Part shown: positions 13,099-26,901 of the stretch, piece by piece
Layout of the letters: each line of letters begins with the position of its first letter
Numbering within the stretch: the first letter of the stretch is position 1
Source: Octopus vulgaris
Taxonomy: Eukaryota
Length of the DNA: 64,000 bases
Reading direction: 5' to 3'
Assembly: GCA_951406725.2 (NCBI GenBank)
Contig: OX597833.1
Coordinates: 55,304,001-55,368,000, forward strand
Notes under the pieces: generated by a model
What the model was told of the DNA's origin: nothing
What the model saw: only the letters and a program-made list of their open reading frames with translations
Databases searched by the model: none
Made by a program: the position numbers and the translations under genes

Positions 13099-13266
13099 TT
13101 ACGACAGGCTTCTTTCAGTTTCCGTCTACCAAATCCACTCACAAGGCTTTGGTCGGCCCGAGGCTATAGCAGAAGACACTTGCCCAAGATGCCACGCAGT
13201 GGGACTGAACCTGGAACCATGTGGTTGGTAAGCAAGCTACTTACCACACAGCCACTCCTGCGCCTA
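12858..13266 (-). mobile_element. SINE family B (tRNA head, CORE-like domain, internal microsatellite), full length
   Basis: Minus strand reads AGGCGCAGGAGTGGCTGTGTGGTAAGTAGCTTGC...GGTTCAGTCCCACTGCGTGGCATCTTGGGCAAGTGTCTTC...TGACTGAAACAAGTAAAAGAGTA; the most abundant repeat in the window. Confidence 0.9.
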
Positions 13267-14236
13267 TATGTCCTATATGTCCACTAAATGCTCATTTTAC
13301 ATACAGCTGTAGAAATCTTGCTTAAGCTGACCAAGGAAACTAACACAGCCTTTGGGCTAGTCTGGACCTGTCGAATTGTTCAACCGATGCATGTATGGAA
13401 CGCAGATATTAAATGATGATTATAATGTGATGAAATCTTACTTTGCCTTCCTAAAAGTGAACATTACAAGTACTTATTTCAAGCTATTATAAAGTAAATT
13501 CGTAGGTACATGAACCAATCAAGGTGACACACTTAAGAAATAAAATACAATTAGAAATATATTGTTTAAGTTGCACATTCAGTGTCATCTGTTGTAAACA
13601 CATCAGATATTTGTGTTTCTCTTAACACAAAGAGTAAAAAAATGTTCTCGTCTCCTTATTCTTTGTGTGTCTTGTAAAATAAATTGAAATGAATTTAATT
13701 CTATTGTTAACATTTAAAAAAAAATATATGTTTAGCTCTTAATTTTATTGTAAACATTAAAAAAATGAATAGACATAATTAAGTTTAGGTTTTATTTCTT
13801 TTTAGTAATCGGTAAGATTAAATAGTAAATATGTTTATATATTAAAAACAAAAGCCAAAAAAATAGAACTGCTTTTGAGCAACTTGAAAGAAAATAAAAA
13901 CTGAGAGCCTCATGGCTTTACATCCATTTTTACATTTACTTTGTTTATTTGTGCAAAAATACAGTTTTTAAAAACAAGAAAAGACATAGAAAGTTGCATT
14001 TCAAAAACAATACTTAGTTTTAATTCTGTTGTGTTGCAAATATTATAAAGAAAATATTGCATTTAGCCTTAATCTTATTGTGAAAGTATAAACAAATTTC
14101 ATATTTTGCACATTTACTCTTAACCCTTATGTGACCATATTTCTGTTGAAAGACACTGTCTTTGTTTGAAATAATTTGGGAAGTAATAAATAATCTAGTG
14201 GAAAATAATTTTGTTATTATTAAGTTGATGCTTAGA

Positions 14237-14850
14237 CAGTGAGCTGGCAGAATCGTTAGCACGCCGGGTGAAATGCTTAGTGGTATTTCGTCTGCCGCTA
14301 CGTTCTGAGTTCAAATTACACCGAGGTCGACTTTGCCTTTCATCCTTTCAGGGTCGATTAAATAAGTACCGGTTACGCACTGGGGTCGATATAATCGACT
14401 TAATCCATTTGTCTGTCCTTGTCTGTCCTCTCTGTGTTTAGCCCCTTGTGGGTAGTAAAGAAATAAGTATTTCACCTGCGGTTACGTTCTGAGTTCAAAT
14501 TCCGCCGAGGGCAACTTTGCCTTTCATCCTTTCGGGGTCGATTAAATAAGTAGCAGTTACGCACTGGGGTCGATATCATCGACTTAATCCGTTTGTCTGT
14601 CCTTGTTTGTCCTCTCTGTGTTTAGCCCCTTGTGGGTAGTAAAGAAATAGGCAGTGAGCTGACTAAATCTTGTGGCACACCAGGCACAATGCTTAGTGTC
14701 ATTTGGTCTGTCCTTTAAGTTCTGAGTTCAAATTCCACTGAGGTTGACTTTGCCTTTCATCCTGTTGAGATCAATGAAATAAAAACCAGTTGGGTACTGA
14801 GATCAATGTAATTGAGTTACCACTTCCCACAAGATTGCCTTCTGCCAAAA
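14237..14850 (+). mobile_element. SINE family A trimer inserted in an older TTAA MITE (about 14124-14980)
   Basis: Three family A cores; MITE-like sequence starts TTAACCCTTATGTGACC at 14120 and resumes after about 14860. Confidence 0.75.
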
Positions 14851-15313
14851 TTTGGAACCATTATTAAAACATGAATTAACATGAAATTTTAATGCAAGAT
14901 TTTAATTTAAAAAACTTAAAAACAAAATGTTTGTATCATAGAACCAGGTATGGTCACAGACTGGGAATGGTGCCAAAAGAGCGAATGCAAACGCTAAAAG
15001 AATGTTATATATTTAGTAATGTTTCTTTTACTCTTTTTATTCTTTTACTTGTTTCAGTCATTTGACTGTGGCCATGCTGGAGCACTGCCTTTAGACGAGC
15101 AAATCGACCCCAGGACTTATTCCTTGTAAGCCTAGCACTTATTCTATCTTACAATAGAACCTGTGGTCATCCATGAATAGCAAATGGCTTCTGGTCCCTT
15201 TGCTCTTTCCGAGATGATAGTCTGCTTTCCTTTTGTTTATAATATGATAATATGAAGAGATTAGGTGACATGCTATCCCCTTGAAAAATACTATTTATTT
15301 CAATCATCCTTAA

Positions 15314-15537
15314 CCCTTTTGATACCAACCCGGGCCAAAACCGGCTCTGGCTCTGTAGTACAAATATCTTGTTTTCATAAGTTTTAAATTAAAATCTTCC
15401 ACCAAACCTTAAGTCACAACTTATGTTCCCAACACTAGCTTAATGATAACTAAGTTCTTTTACTAAATTCTTTTTTATATTTAAAATTAATTGAATGAAA
15501 CACAGAGCATCTCAAAATGAATATGGTGATGAAAGGG
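15314..15537. mobile_element. piggyBac-type MITE
   Basis: TTAA|CCCTTTTGATACC...GGTGATGAAAGGG|TTAA; reverse orientation of the 2605 family. Confidence 0.85.
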
Positions 15538-16630
15538 TTAAAGATCTTTCACAAGACGTTAACTCAGTTCTCCAAGATTGCATATTGGTTTCCTTCGCAT
15601 TCCTTATATTTGGATCAGTTTTAAAGAGGTCTAGACATTTGATGATCCAGAAGAAGGGGAACAATGTGAAAGGCCTTGTGAAGGGTCTTATAGGTAGCCC
15701 ATGCCGTAGCTGGTCTGACTTGTCTCCTTTTGCAATTTCTAATAATTAGTCGTCTCTCGGAATTTGGTTTTTGGTGCCAGTGTATTGTATTTTGCAACGT
15801 CTTTGTTCTGTGGGCAGGAGGCCTTTCTCTTTTAAGTGGTCATATGACCACCATCAACATCATCATCATCATTATCGTCATCGCTGCTAAGATTGCGGCT
15901 CAAGCAGAACCCAACATCCAAATCAATAACACAGCTATACGTGTGTTTATTTGTGTGTGGTATCTATGTGTGGCTGTTGTGCATTTTATCTCTTCTCACC
16001 TCTTCTCTGCTTTCTACAATTTTACATACTTCTTTCTACCAAGTGAACAAAGTGCTTCAAAAGTTTTTTTTTTTATATATTCTTTCCTTACGAGAGAAGC
16101 AGAATAAAACAGTGAGAGAGAGAGAGAGAGAGAGAGGGAGGGAGGGATAGACAGAAAGGGGCTGGGGGAGGAAAAGGAAGAGTAGAAAAAGGACAACAAC
16201 ATGGATTGCATTCGTCTTCTTCTAAAACTCGAATCCAATACAAAACTTGATTGGTTTGTGGAGTGGGTGTAGTTAAAGTACTTGTGGAAGGCCGACTTTC
16301 TTTTCATTAAGCTTGTTCACATTTCACAACAAATAGGTATGGTTGAGGCGTTGGCAGTGGCGGTGACGGGAGGGGAGGGAGGCGAAACGGTTCTTCTTCT
16401 TCTCCAACCTACATGACAAATTTTTTTGATAACGGGGCTCCATGGCTATCCAAAAATCTCTTATGCCGTGTCATGATACCAGCACTGGAATTAATTGATG
16501 CTTAAAACATTCTATAAGGGTTCTCGAAGCAGACCCTTGAAAATGAAATTGCCAACCACTTTGTCTTTTAAAGGTTTGGAAGGCTGAAAGAGGGGAAAAA
16601 TAAAAAATAAAAAAAACTGACAAATTACAG

Positions 16631-16900
16631 TTGTGGTGGTGGTGGTGGTGGTGGTGGTGGTGGTGGTGGTGGTGGCGGCGGTGGTGGTGGCAGCAGCTGC
16701 TGGAATGGTATTTGTTGTGGTGATGGTGATGATGCTGGTGTTGGTGATTAAAGTGATAGAAGTTACGATGGGAGATGCTAATGGTAGTGGTGGTGGTTGT
16801 GGTTGTCGTCATGGTAATGTTGGTGATGAGAATATTTGGGGTGGAGGTGGTAATGGTGGTGGTGGCGGTGGCAGCATCACCAATAATGATGGTGATGACA
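16631..16900. repeat. (GGT)n/(GAT)n degenerate trinucleotide tract
   Basis: Directly visible. Confidence 0.85.
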
Positions 16901-17352
16901 TTGCTGACGATAATGTTAGTGCAACTAATGGAGTTGGTAGTAGCATCAGAGCTGATGGCAATGCTAATAAATAATAACACTGGTGAAAGTAGTGGTGGTG
17001 GTGGAGGTTGCGGCGACGACGGTAAAACCCCAATTGGCCAAAAGATAGTGTTTGGGAATCAGATAAGCCGAATAAACAACGCTTCCCAACATCATTTTTT
17101 GTCATATCACTTTGTGGAATCACGAAAGTTATGATTATCTCCCCTTGGGAAAATACATCGCAATTTAGGGTCACATGGTTATGAGACTCGCTTTGTAACC
17201 ATGTGGTGGTTTCAGGTTCCTCTGAGCAAGTGTCTTCTAATAGCCTTGGACTGACCCTTACATTCTGTGAACTGATCATCTCATCTCGTTTTGTTTTTGG
17301 AAGATTTGGCTGCTATTTCTTGCGACCAGTGCTAAAGTATTCCAGTTCCCTT

Positions 17353-17500
17353 TATTTCTGCGATTATTGTGGTGATGAGTGTTCATCCATGTATCTGATG
17401 AAAGTCCATTCAGAATTCATACCAATTGTCTCAGCACTCTTCAAAGCAATGTTTGGTCGAATTCTGTGAAACGGACACGCAAATATGAGAGGCAAGCATC
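17353..17500 (+). pseudogene. Degenerate C2H2 zinc-finger relic (one, possibly two fingers)
   Basis: YFCDYCGDECSSMYLMKVH then, with one missing base at 17410-17411, xRIHTN, giving the C-x2-C-x12-H-x3-H-T spacing; a more decayed second finger may follow. Confidence 0.45.
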
Positions 17501-17810
17501 AGGTTTGCCATCGTCAGGTTGTGAGTTAGATTCTTGGATTTGGCTGTGTGTTGTGTTCTTGAGCAAGACACTTTATTTCATGCTGTTCCAGTTCACTTAG
17601 CTGTAGAAATGAGTTGCAACATTATTGGCGCCAAGCTGTATCAGCTTTTGCCTTTCCTTTGGATTGCATCGGTGGCATGAAGAGGGGAAGCTGGTATAAA
17701 TGGGCAACTGCTAGTCTTCCACAAACACCCCTTCCCAGAATTGTGCCTTGGAGGGGAACTTTCTAGGTGCAATCCCATGATCATACATGACCAAAGAGAT
17801 TCTATACCCT
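17500..17810 (+). mobile_element. Older tRNA-derived SINE (family F)
   Basis: GTGTTGTGTTCTTGAGCAAGACACTTTATTTCA...GAAATGAGTTGCAAC...; a reverse-complement copy lies at about 37790-38127. Confidence 0.7.
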
Positions 17811-18414
17811 TTTCACACATAAACACACACATAAGCGTTAAACTAATACATCTGTTTGTTGTTTACACACCTGTCTTCATCTTTAGTTTTTTTGTAAATT
17901 ATCACTATTTATAAAATTCAATTGGAGGTTATGTTAGCTGCATGAAGGGGTGGTATCATCCAAGGAAATACTGGGGGAATTGATTTATAACTCAAATTCT
18001 ATTTACCTACTCTGTCTTACCTCCAACCAACCTGCAAACCCCTAGCCCGAACACATAAAAATACAAATCATAAACAAGATCATTTAGTCTGCTATAATCA
18101 ATCCTTAAACACACATATTAAACATCTAAGGGTATATTTTTTTTTCACCTCTAAAGATATGCTCAGGGCATATGAGTTTAATATTTAATTAATTCAATGA
18201 ATATTAATTGAAACACCTGTAAGGAATAATGATTGATTTATTGTTGATAATAAGCATTTTCTTTTTCTTCCTTTACACACACACACACATACACACACAC
18301 ACAAAGAGAAAAAGAGACAGAAACAGATTGGGAGATGTCTGTGTACATGTATGTGTCTTTTTTTCTGTCTCTACCACATTGTGAGTGAATTTGGAAGGCA
18401 GAAACTTTATGAAA

Positions 18415-18651
18415 GGCGGCGAGCTGGCAGAATCGTTAGCACGCCGGGTGAAATGCTAAGCGGTATTTCGTCTGCTGTTACGTTCTGAGTTCAAATTCCG
18501 CCGAGGTCGACTTTGCCTTTCATCCTTTTCGGGGTCGATAAATTAAGTACCAGTTACGCACTGGGGTCGATATAATCGACTTAATCCGTTTGTCTGTCCT
18601 TGTTTGTCCCCTTTGTGTGTAGCCCCTTGTGAGTAGTAAAAAAAAAAAAAA
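18415..18651 (+). mobile_element. Young SINE family A with poly(A) tail, nested in a family B copy
   Basis: TSD AGAAACTTTATGAAA at 18400-18414 and 18651-18665; A-run tail. Confidence 0.9.
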
Positions 18652-18924
18652 GAAACTTTATGAAAGCCCCTTATATATGTGTGTGTCTTTGTGTTTGCCT
18701 CACTTCCATCGCTTGACAACTGATGTTGGTTTGTTCATGTCTCTGTTACTTGGCAGTTCAGCAAAAGAGACCAATAGAAAAAAACAACAGATTTTATGAA
18801 TAAATACAGAGGTCGGTTTTGATTGGCTAAACCCTTCAAGATGGTACCCCAACAATGACTGCTGTCCAATGACTGAAGCAAGTGAATGTTAAAAGCCAAA
18901 AAGAAAGATGGAAGTATTTTCCTC

Positions 18925-19820
18925 TCTTGTACTGGTTTCAGTCATTTGACCGCGGCCATGCTGGAGCACCACCTTTAGTCAAGCAAATCGACCCCAGGAC
19001 TTATTCTTTGGAAGCCTAGTACTTATTCTACTTATTCTTTTGCTGAACCGCTAAGTTATGGGGACGTAAACACAGCAGCATCGGTTGTCAAGCGATGGTG
19101 TGGGGGACAAACACAAACACACACATACATATATATGTATACATATATATGACGGGCTTCTTTCAGTTTCCGTCTACCAAATCCACTCACAAGGCTTTTA
19201 TATCTTATTAAGTCTTTCTGTCTATCTTTCTTTTCCTTCAATATTATTTTTGCGATTTAGCTACTCATTTTACTTTCAGATTCACCTTTTTCCACTTTCC
19301 ATCATCATCTTTGTATATAAGATATGTGGCTTAGTGGTTAGAGTATTTGACTTGTGATCGTAAGTTCATGAGTTCAATTCCTGGTGGCGCAGTGTGTCCT
19401 TGAGCACGACATTTTATTTCAATCTGCTCCAGTCCACTCACCTGGCAAAAATAATTATGCGCATGTGTGGCTGTGTAGTAAGAAGCTTGCTTCCCAACCA
19501 CATGGTTCCTGGTTCAGGCCTGCTGCGTGGCACCCTGGGCAAGTATCTTCTACTACTGCCTCAAGCTGACCAAAGTGTTGCGAGTGGATTTGAAAGTTGC
19601 CCGTCATGTGTGTGTGTCTGTGTCTGTGTTTGTATCCCTCCCCCATCCAATATTGGTGTGTTTATGTCCCCCGTAACTTAGAAGTTTGGCAAAAAGAGAC
19701 CGATAGAATAAGCACCAGGCTTACAAAGAACATGTCCAGGAGTCAATTTCTCTGACTAAAAGGTGGTGCTCCAGCATGGCCACAGTCAAATGACTGAAAC
19801 AAATAATAAAAGAATAAAAG
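18925..19820. mobile_element. Oppositely oriented SINE family B copies (- 18925-19198; + about 19458-19820)
   Basis: Family B sequence on both strands. Confidence 0.8.
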
Positions 19821-20499
19821 TACCTGTATTTCAAAGGCCCAACCCTGTTACATTCTATGTCATGCTAAATCTCCCTGAGACCTAAGTTAAGCTTACACGT
19901 GACTTCGGAGTACTCAGCCACTTACACCTTAATTTCATGAGCGGGCTATTCCATTGATCAGATCGACTGGGGTACTCGTTGTCGTAACCAACGGAGTATT
20001 TATTAAAGGTGGATAAGGAGTACCAGAATCTCAGTTATGGGGATGTTCTTCAACAAAATGAAATAGCTTTGGTTGGATTTACTGTTTTAATAAAATATAT
20101 ATGAAACATAATATTATTTGTTTAATGTAATGTAGATATACAAAAGATAAAGAAAAAATGTCTTGAATGATATAATATACTTAGTAGCTATCAAATTATT
20201 AGTTATAAATTCCACTCTACTTCAATATTATAATATTGTCATATGATATATATACACACATACACTCACACATCTATATATACACACACAAATATATATA
20301 TTCTTTTATTCATTTATTTCTTTCAGTCATGTGACTGAAGCTATGTTGGAGCTCCACCATTTGTTGAAGAAATTGACCCCAGGACTTATTCTTTATAAGC
20401 CTAGTACTTATTCTATCAGTATCTTTTGTCAAGCCACTAAGTCACGAGGACATAAACACAAACAACATCGGTTGTCAAGCGATGATGTGGGAACAATCA

Positions 20500-20530
<31 letters not shown>

Positions 20531-20742
20531 GGTGCCCCAGCATGGCCACAGCTCATGAGCTGAAACTAGAATCAATCAATCAATCATATGTGACAGGCTT
20601 ATTTCAGTTTCCATTTATCAAATCCACTCACAAGACTTAGGTTGACCCAAGGCTATACTAGAAGACACTTGCCCAAGGTGCCACGCACAGAAACATGTGG
20701 TTGGAAAGCAGGCTTCCTAACATACAGCCACACCTGTGCCTG

Positions 20743-20774
<32 letters not shown>

Positions 20775-20781
<7 letters not shown>

Positions 20782-21049
20782 CTTCTCAACTTACGACCGA
20801 GTTCTGTTCCGACTGACAGTTCATAAGTCGATCTGGTCGTATGTCAGATTTATATTTTGCAACAATATTTTCATTCAAACTCAACCGGTGCTTGAAAGCG
20901 ACTGAGTGAGAGACAATGGCAGGCAACGGATGCCAGGGTCTGAGATAGTTGTTGTGCACGCAGCTGCCCAAAGTCCGAAAATCAATTTTTTTATTTATAT
21001 ATTTATTTTTGTGACCATGAGTGCAGAGTGTCATAAGTTGAGGTGTGTG

Positions 21050-21050
<1 letters not shown>
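20775..21050. mobile_element. Tigger/mariner-type MITE remnant
   Basis: Inverted ends CTCAACTTACGAC...GTCATAAGTTGAG, and TTACGACCGAGTTCTGTTCCGAC...TAAGTCGA subterminal motifs typical of Tigger-like non-autonomous elements. Confidence 0.55.
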
Positions 21051-21124
<74 letters not shown>

Positions 21125-21129
21125 ATATG

Positions 21130-21160
<31 letters not shown>

Positions 21161-21185
21161 ATGTATGTATGTATATGTATGTATG

Positions 21186-21284
<99 letters not shown>

Positions 21285-21344
21285 GTATATATGTATATGT
21301 ATATATATGTATATGTATATATATGTATATGTATATATATATAA

Positions 21345-21690
21345 GAATAAATGTTTTTATATATAACGAACGTGAAGGGACGAACACGGAACACAGACAA
21401 ATCATTCGAAGCCTTCAATCTTCAGTCAGACACCGAATCATCATAGCAAATTTCGGCTTACGTGATTGTACAGGTTGACCAATCCCTGCTAGTGCCTCTC
21501 ACAACCTGTTGGATGGATGCATAAACCATGTGCACTAGGATTTGTAGCAGAATGTTGAATGTGATAACTGTTCACTTGGAGGCATATAAACACCTCTATC
21601 GTTACATAATAACACAAAAAATAATATACATCAATGATAAAATACTAAAAAACTTAAATTTTGTATAGATGAAATTTTATTAAAAAATGT
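21345..21690 (-). mobile_element. Short repeat inserted in (TA)n, probable PLE terminal-repeat family
   Basis: Its reverse complement shares GCCGAAATT..GATGAT...GACTGAAGATT..AGGCTTC with 29590-29645 and 45370-45430; all three are flanked by TA microsatellite. Confidence 0.5.
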
Positions 21691-21784
21691 GTCTGTTTAT
21701 CTTTCTCTCTCTAATGTGTGTTTGTGTGTATATATATATATATATATATGTGTATATAATAATATATATATATATCTGTCGTGA

Positions 21785-22160
21785 CACTCCGTCGGTTACG
21801 ACGACGAGGGTTCCAGTTGATCGGATCAATGGAACAGCCTGCTCGTGAAATTAATGTGCAAGTGGCTGAGCACTCCACAGACATGTGTACCTTTAATGTA
21901 GTTCTTGGGGAGACTGTGTGACACAGAGTGTGACAAGGCTGGTCCTTTGAAATACAGGTACAACAGAAACAGGAAGAACGAGTGAGAGAAAGTTGTGGTG
22001 AAAGAGTACAGCAGGGTTCGCCACCACAACCCCCTGCCAGAGCCTCGTGGGGTTTTAGGTGTTTTCACTCAATAAACACTCACAATGCCTGGTCTGGGAA
22101 TCGAAACTGCGATCCTACGACTGTGAGTCTGCTGCCTTAACCACTGGGCCATTGCGTCTC
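21785..22160 (-). mobile_element. tRNA-derived SINE family D
   Basis: Reverse complement of the 43139-43497 element (GACGCAATGGCCCAGTGGTTA head; TTAATTTCACGAGCAGGCTGTTCC body). Confidence 0.85.
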
Positions 22161-22249
22161 TACTATATATATATATGTGCGTGTATACATACATACATAC
22201 ATACATACATACATACATACATACATACATACATACATACATACATACA

Positions 22250-22285
<36 letters not shown>

Positions 22286-22784
22286 TGTGTGTGTGTATAT
22301 ATATATGTGTATATATAGATAGATAGATATAGATATGAAAGATTGGGCAGAGTGTGTTGGTTGTGTTTTTGAGTTAGCTAGAGACTTGACGCAGATGTAG
22401 GGGTTGCAAAAGGTGTCATGGAGAAACTGAGAAAATTCGAAGAAACGAAGACGCAAAGTAAACGTTGTGTGAAAGGTGCCTTAAAGTGTGTTAGTCTGTG
22501 GAGAGATTAGCAAGAGCTGGGTGTTGGGTAGCTCCCAAATTAGCTACCGTTGTCAGGTAGCATTCGTGTGCACATGCTTGTGTGTGGACATACACATCCA
22601 TTATATATATATATATATCTACACACACACACACACTCATACATCCATTATATACATGTATATAATCACATTCAAATATATACATACATATGGTTAGATA
22701 TGTCAGTGTATATATATATGTATGCACATACTAACATATACGTAAAAAGATATATGCACACATGCACATACAAATATGTGTTTG

Positions 22785-22817
<33 letters not shown>

Positions 22818-22868
22818 GCAACACATGTATATATTTACATGCATATGCATATACATCTTTTTTATGTA

Positions 22869-22903
<35 letters not shown>

Positions 22904-23571
22904 TTTTTAATCTGGTGTGTGTTGCATGCATGTATATTTACAGGGGGTCTACGTGTATATAATTTTGTGTGTAGACATGCTTGTCTTTGTGTGTATGTAT
23001 ATTTTGGGATATATCCATATGTATATATATACCTACCTACATAAATACAGATTGACTTCAATAGACTGCGCTGGAGTGGGTTTTATCAGATTGGAGAAAA
23101 ATCAATACGCAGCGTAGCAAGTGTTCTGTTTATGCTTAGAAATTCACTTACATATGTGTATACGTATTCTTTGGTCTGGTTATTAAAGCATGTTCTGGGG
23201 AATTTTCAGGAGACACACACACACACACATATCCTTGGATATATAAAACGTTTTCTAGCAGCAGTGGAACTATACTATCCATTGTGGAGAAGGAATTGGA
23301 AGTTTCGGTAAAATAACAGACAAACAAATGCGTGTGCACACGCACACACTCACACACACACACACAGATGTATTTGGGTTAATGTTGGAAGAAGTAGGGG
23401 GTGTCTTGGCACCGTCTTTGTACATATGTTTATCTATATAAAATATAAATATCTAAAGGAATATCCATGTGTGTGGTTGTGTATGGGGATATATATATAA
23501 ATTTGAAATTGCATGTATAAAAGGCATATGTGTGCATGTGTTGTGTGTGTATATATATATACAAACACATT

Positions 23572-23615
<44 letters not shown>

Positions 23616-23730
23616 TTTTTGTATGTATGTGTATATATCTTTATATATATATATATATGTATATATATACATATATATAAATGAATCTATGTATATATAT
23701 GTGTGTGTGTATATATATATATATAGATAT

Positions 23731-23900
23731 ATTGCTGGCCATTATACATTCTTTATTTTCTCTCCTTGTTTCTATCTGTATTCCTTTCTGTGGAAGAGCG
23801 TAGGCTCGAAACGTTAAAGACTTTTTCGCTTCCCAAGCGTTATACTAATACATCTGTTTGTTGTCTACACCACCTGTCTTGTTTTTTTGTGAATTCTCCC
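23731..23900 (+). mobile_element. PLE-type terminal-repeat fragment with minimal hammerhead-like motif (23784-23819)
   Basis: CTTT-CTGTGGA-A-GAGC gtag GCTC-GAAAC-GTT-AAAG; embedded in (TA)n; a partial related copy lies at about 17833-17910. Confidence 0.6.
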
Positions 23901-23955
23901 TATATATATATCTGTATGTATATGTGTATATATATAAATATGTATGTATATATTC

Positions 23956-23993
<38 letters not shown>

Positions 23994-24032
23994 ATCTATG
24001 TATATATATACGTATATGTATGTATGTGTGTG

Positions 24033-24070
<38 letters not shown>

Positions 24071-24849
24071 GACATATTGATCAACTTCATTACAACATCC
24101 GGTGGAAGCATGTGATTTAATGGTTAGAGTATTCAGCTTACAATTGTAAGGTTGTGAGTTTGAATCCAAGCAGCACACTGTGTCCTTGAGCAAGATTCTC
24201 TATTTTCCATCACTCCAGTCTGCTCAGCCACCAAAAATGGTTTGTACCTGTAATTCCAAAGGCCAGCCCTGCTACACTCTCTGTGTCATATTAAATCTCT
24301 CTGAGAAATATGTTATCGGTACACATGTCTGTGGAATGCTCAGCCACTTGCCCATGAATTTCATTTGGAGGTCATTCAGTTCATCGTACAAAACCGAACA
24401 CTTATCATCATAATTGATGAAGAGCAAGGCCTAATAACATCTACCTTTTCCATGCTTGCATGGGTAAGATGAGAACATTTTGTGGTAGTTGCCAATGGCC
24501 TGATGCTCTTCCTGTTTTCAACCTCTATTTGTTTACAAGTACCACTTCAGGTGTCACCTGAAAAGCAAGATGGGGCTGGAGAGGAGACACCTCTCTAGAA
24601 CACCTGTTTAGAAGTATATATGAGAAAAGATGGAAGGATGTGGTAAGGAAGTTGGGAGTGAGTGTCCCTATTTAATCTGCCATGAGGAAAAAAAATGTAA
24701 GGAAATCTAAATTTTTAAATCATATAAATCATCTATTTTTAACTTGATATATTTTTGTGTAAAAAAAAAATTAACTGAAAAAAGCTCACTGAGTATTTCT
24801 TTATAATGTTTTGTATTGCCCTTTACTGTCCTTTTATATTAGATCTTAT

Positions 24850-25079
24850 ACGGCGAGCTGGCAGAAACGTTAGCACACCGGGTGAAATGCTTAGCGGTAT
24901 TTCGTCTGCCGCTACGTTCTGAGTTCAAATTCCGCCGAGGTCCACTTTGCCTTTCATCCTTTCGTGGTCGATTAAATAAGTACCAGTTTCGCACTGGGGT
25001 CGATATTATTGACTAAATTTGTTTGTCTGTCCTTGTTTGTCCCCTCTATGTTTAGCCCTTTGTGGGCAGTAAAGAAATA
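24850..25079 (+). mobile_element. Young SINE family A
   Basis: 15-bp TSD TATATTAGATCTTAT on both sides. Confidence 0.9.
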
Positions 25080-26901
25080 TATATTAGATCTTATGATCAT
25101 AATAAAGAAATCTCTATTTGTTTATAAGTGAGGTAAGTAATCTCCCTGACTATCAAGCAACAAACAATCTGGACATACTTCATTCATTAACTGGAAACAA
25201 AACCTTACCATTTTATTTGCAAAGACCAGGCAACACATGAAGATATGTCAGAGAGTTCGTTATATGCTCTTTCTCTCATTGCAAGCGAATGACAGAGTTA
25301 GAAAGCCACTGTTTACAAACTAGCAAGCAAAACACTCATGCACATTAGCATCGTCATCATCATTATTTAATGACCGTTTTCCAAGCTGGCATGTGTCGGA
25401 TGGTTTTGACAGTAGCTAGCATGTGAGAGAACTGCATGGGCTCTGCTTTCAGCCTGGTTTCTATGCTTGAATGCCCTTCCTAACACCAACCACTTCAGAG
25501 AATGTACTGATTGCTTTTTACATGGAACCAGCAGCAGCGGGGTCCCAAAGTAACAGGAGTGTGAAATTACTCAGTCAAACACACACGCACATACATGCAT
25601 GTATGGCAGGCTTCAGTCTAGTTTCCACCTATCAAATCCAAAACACTACAATATACAATAGCTGTAGTTTTGTGGATCAGGGAAGAAAAAGGGGGTTTAG
25701 CAACTCAATATTGCTCAGCACCACTGCCACCACTCTCCTCTCCCATTCGCCCTGATTCAACTAGACTCTGATCAATGACACTCCAACCATAACCATTCCA
25801 TCAAAGGCTTGTTTCACTGTCCAATAAGTCCTTTATTTTTTTTTTCATTTTTGCTAAAGCATGTAGGATATAATTTTACGTGGCTATTTCTAGCAGATCA
25901 GACAACCACGTAAAGGCCCCTCTTGGTAGCCACGACTGTTGTTTTTGTAATTTTTGTTGTTATTTAAATCTCTCAGTCTTCTATTCATTTGTTCAGTTCA
26001 GTCTGATTCGGTTCGGTCAATGCCTTCTTATTTATTCATTGATATTTCAAAGTTGATTTAACGTTAATAACCACATTTGCATTTTTTTTCTTCCCTTGCT
26101 CAGTGTGTCTTTCTCTGTCCTGTCTCTAACCTTTTCTCCTCCCCCTCCTCTTCCCTTCCCCTCTCTGTTCTTCCTTCACTTCCTCCCCACCTTCCTTCCC
26201 TTTATTTTCTCTCTCTTTTTTTTTGTCCCACTTCTCTTTCCCTCTTTCTCTCTTATAGCCTTTCCTCTTTCCTTTTGCGACCTCTTCAGTTTCACTCTCT
26301 CTCCTTATTTCTCTCTCTCACATAATCTAACTGCTCCTTTGTACTTCTTCCCCATCACCCCCAGCTAATAAGTCATGTGTTCATTTAGTTACACCACACT
26401 GACCCACACATACAAATAAATATACAAACCAATGGAAGAGCCTCAACGTGGTCAACCAACTTTCTAGAAGCTGCAGCCAAATCTCCCTCCGTCCCACCTC
26501 CTCTCATTTGAAAAAGAAATGCGATGACTAACTGGACAATGAAATGACCAATCATTTATCTTTCATCTTTTACTTGTTTCAGTCCATTAGACTGTCATCA
26601 TGCTGGGGCAATACTTTGACAAGATTGTAGCCAAACAGATCAACCCCAGCACTTTTTGTTTTATTAAAACTGTACATGTTAAAACTTCCAATTAGTTAAG
26701 ATCAGAAGCGCAAGAGCCACTGCCTGGTATTGTATCAGGGCAGTTATCATCGTCATTATCATCATCATCATTTGCATTGGTTTTGCTGTTCTATACTAGC
26801 TGTTCCAAGTCTCACTCAGGGGCTTTTGATTAACAGCGATATATTGTAGTGAGCGGGGACTAGATTTTGAGCACTAAAATCTTGATTAATTTATATTTCA
26901 A

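Noticed and set aside
15637-15693. Protein-like TFDDPEEGEQCERPCEGSY between AG and GT
   Set aside because: No polypyrimidine tract, a weak donor (GTAGCC) and no recognisable family.
17395-17475. CTGATGA...CAGAATTC/GAATTCTG...GAAAC as a hammerhead
   Set aside because: The stem is offset 9 nt from the core and there is no stem I or NUH closure; the zinc-finger reading explains the region better.
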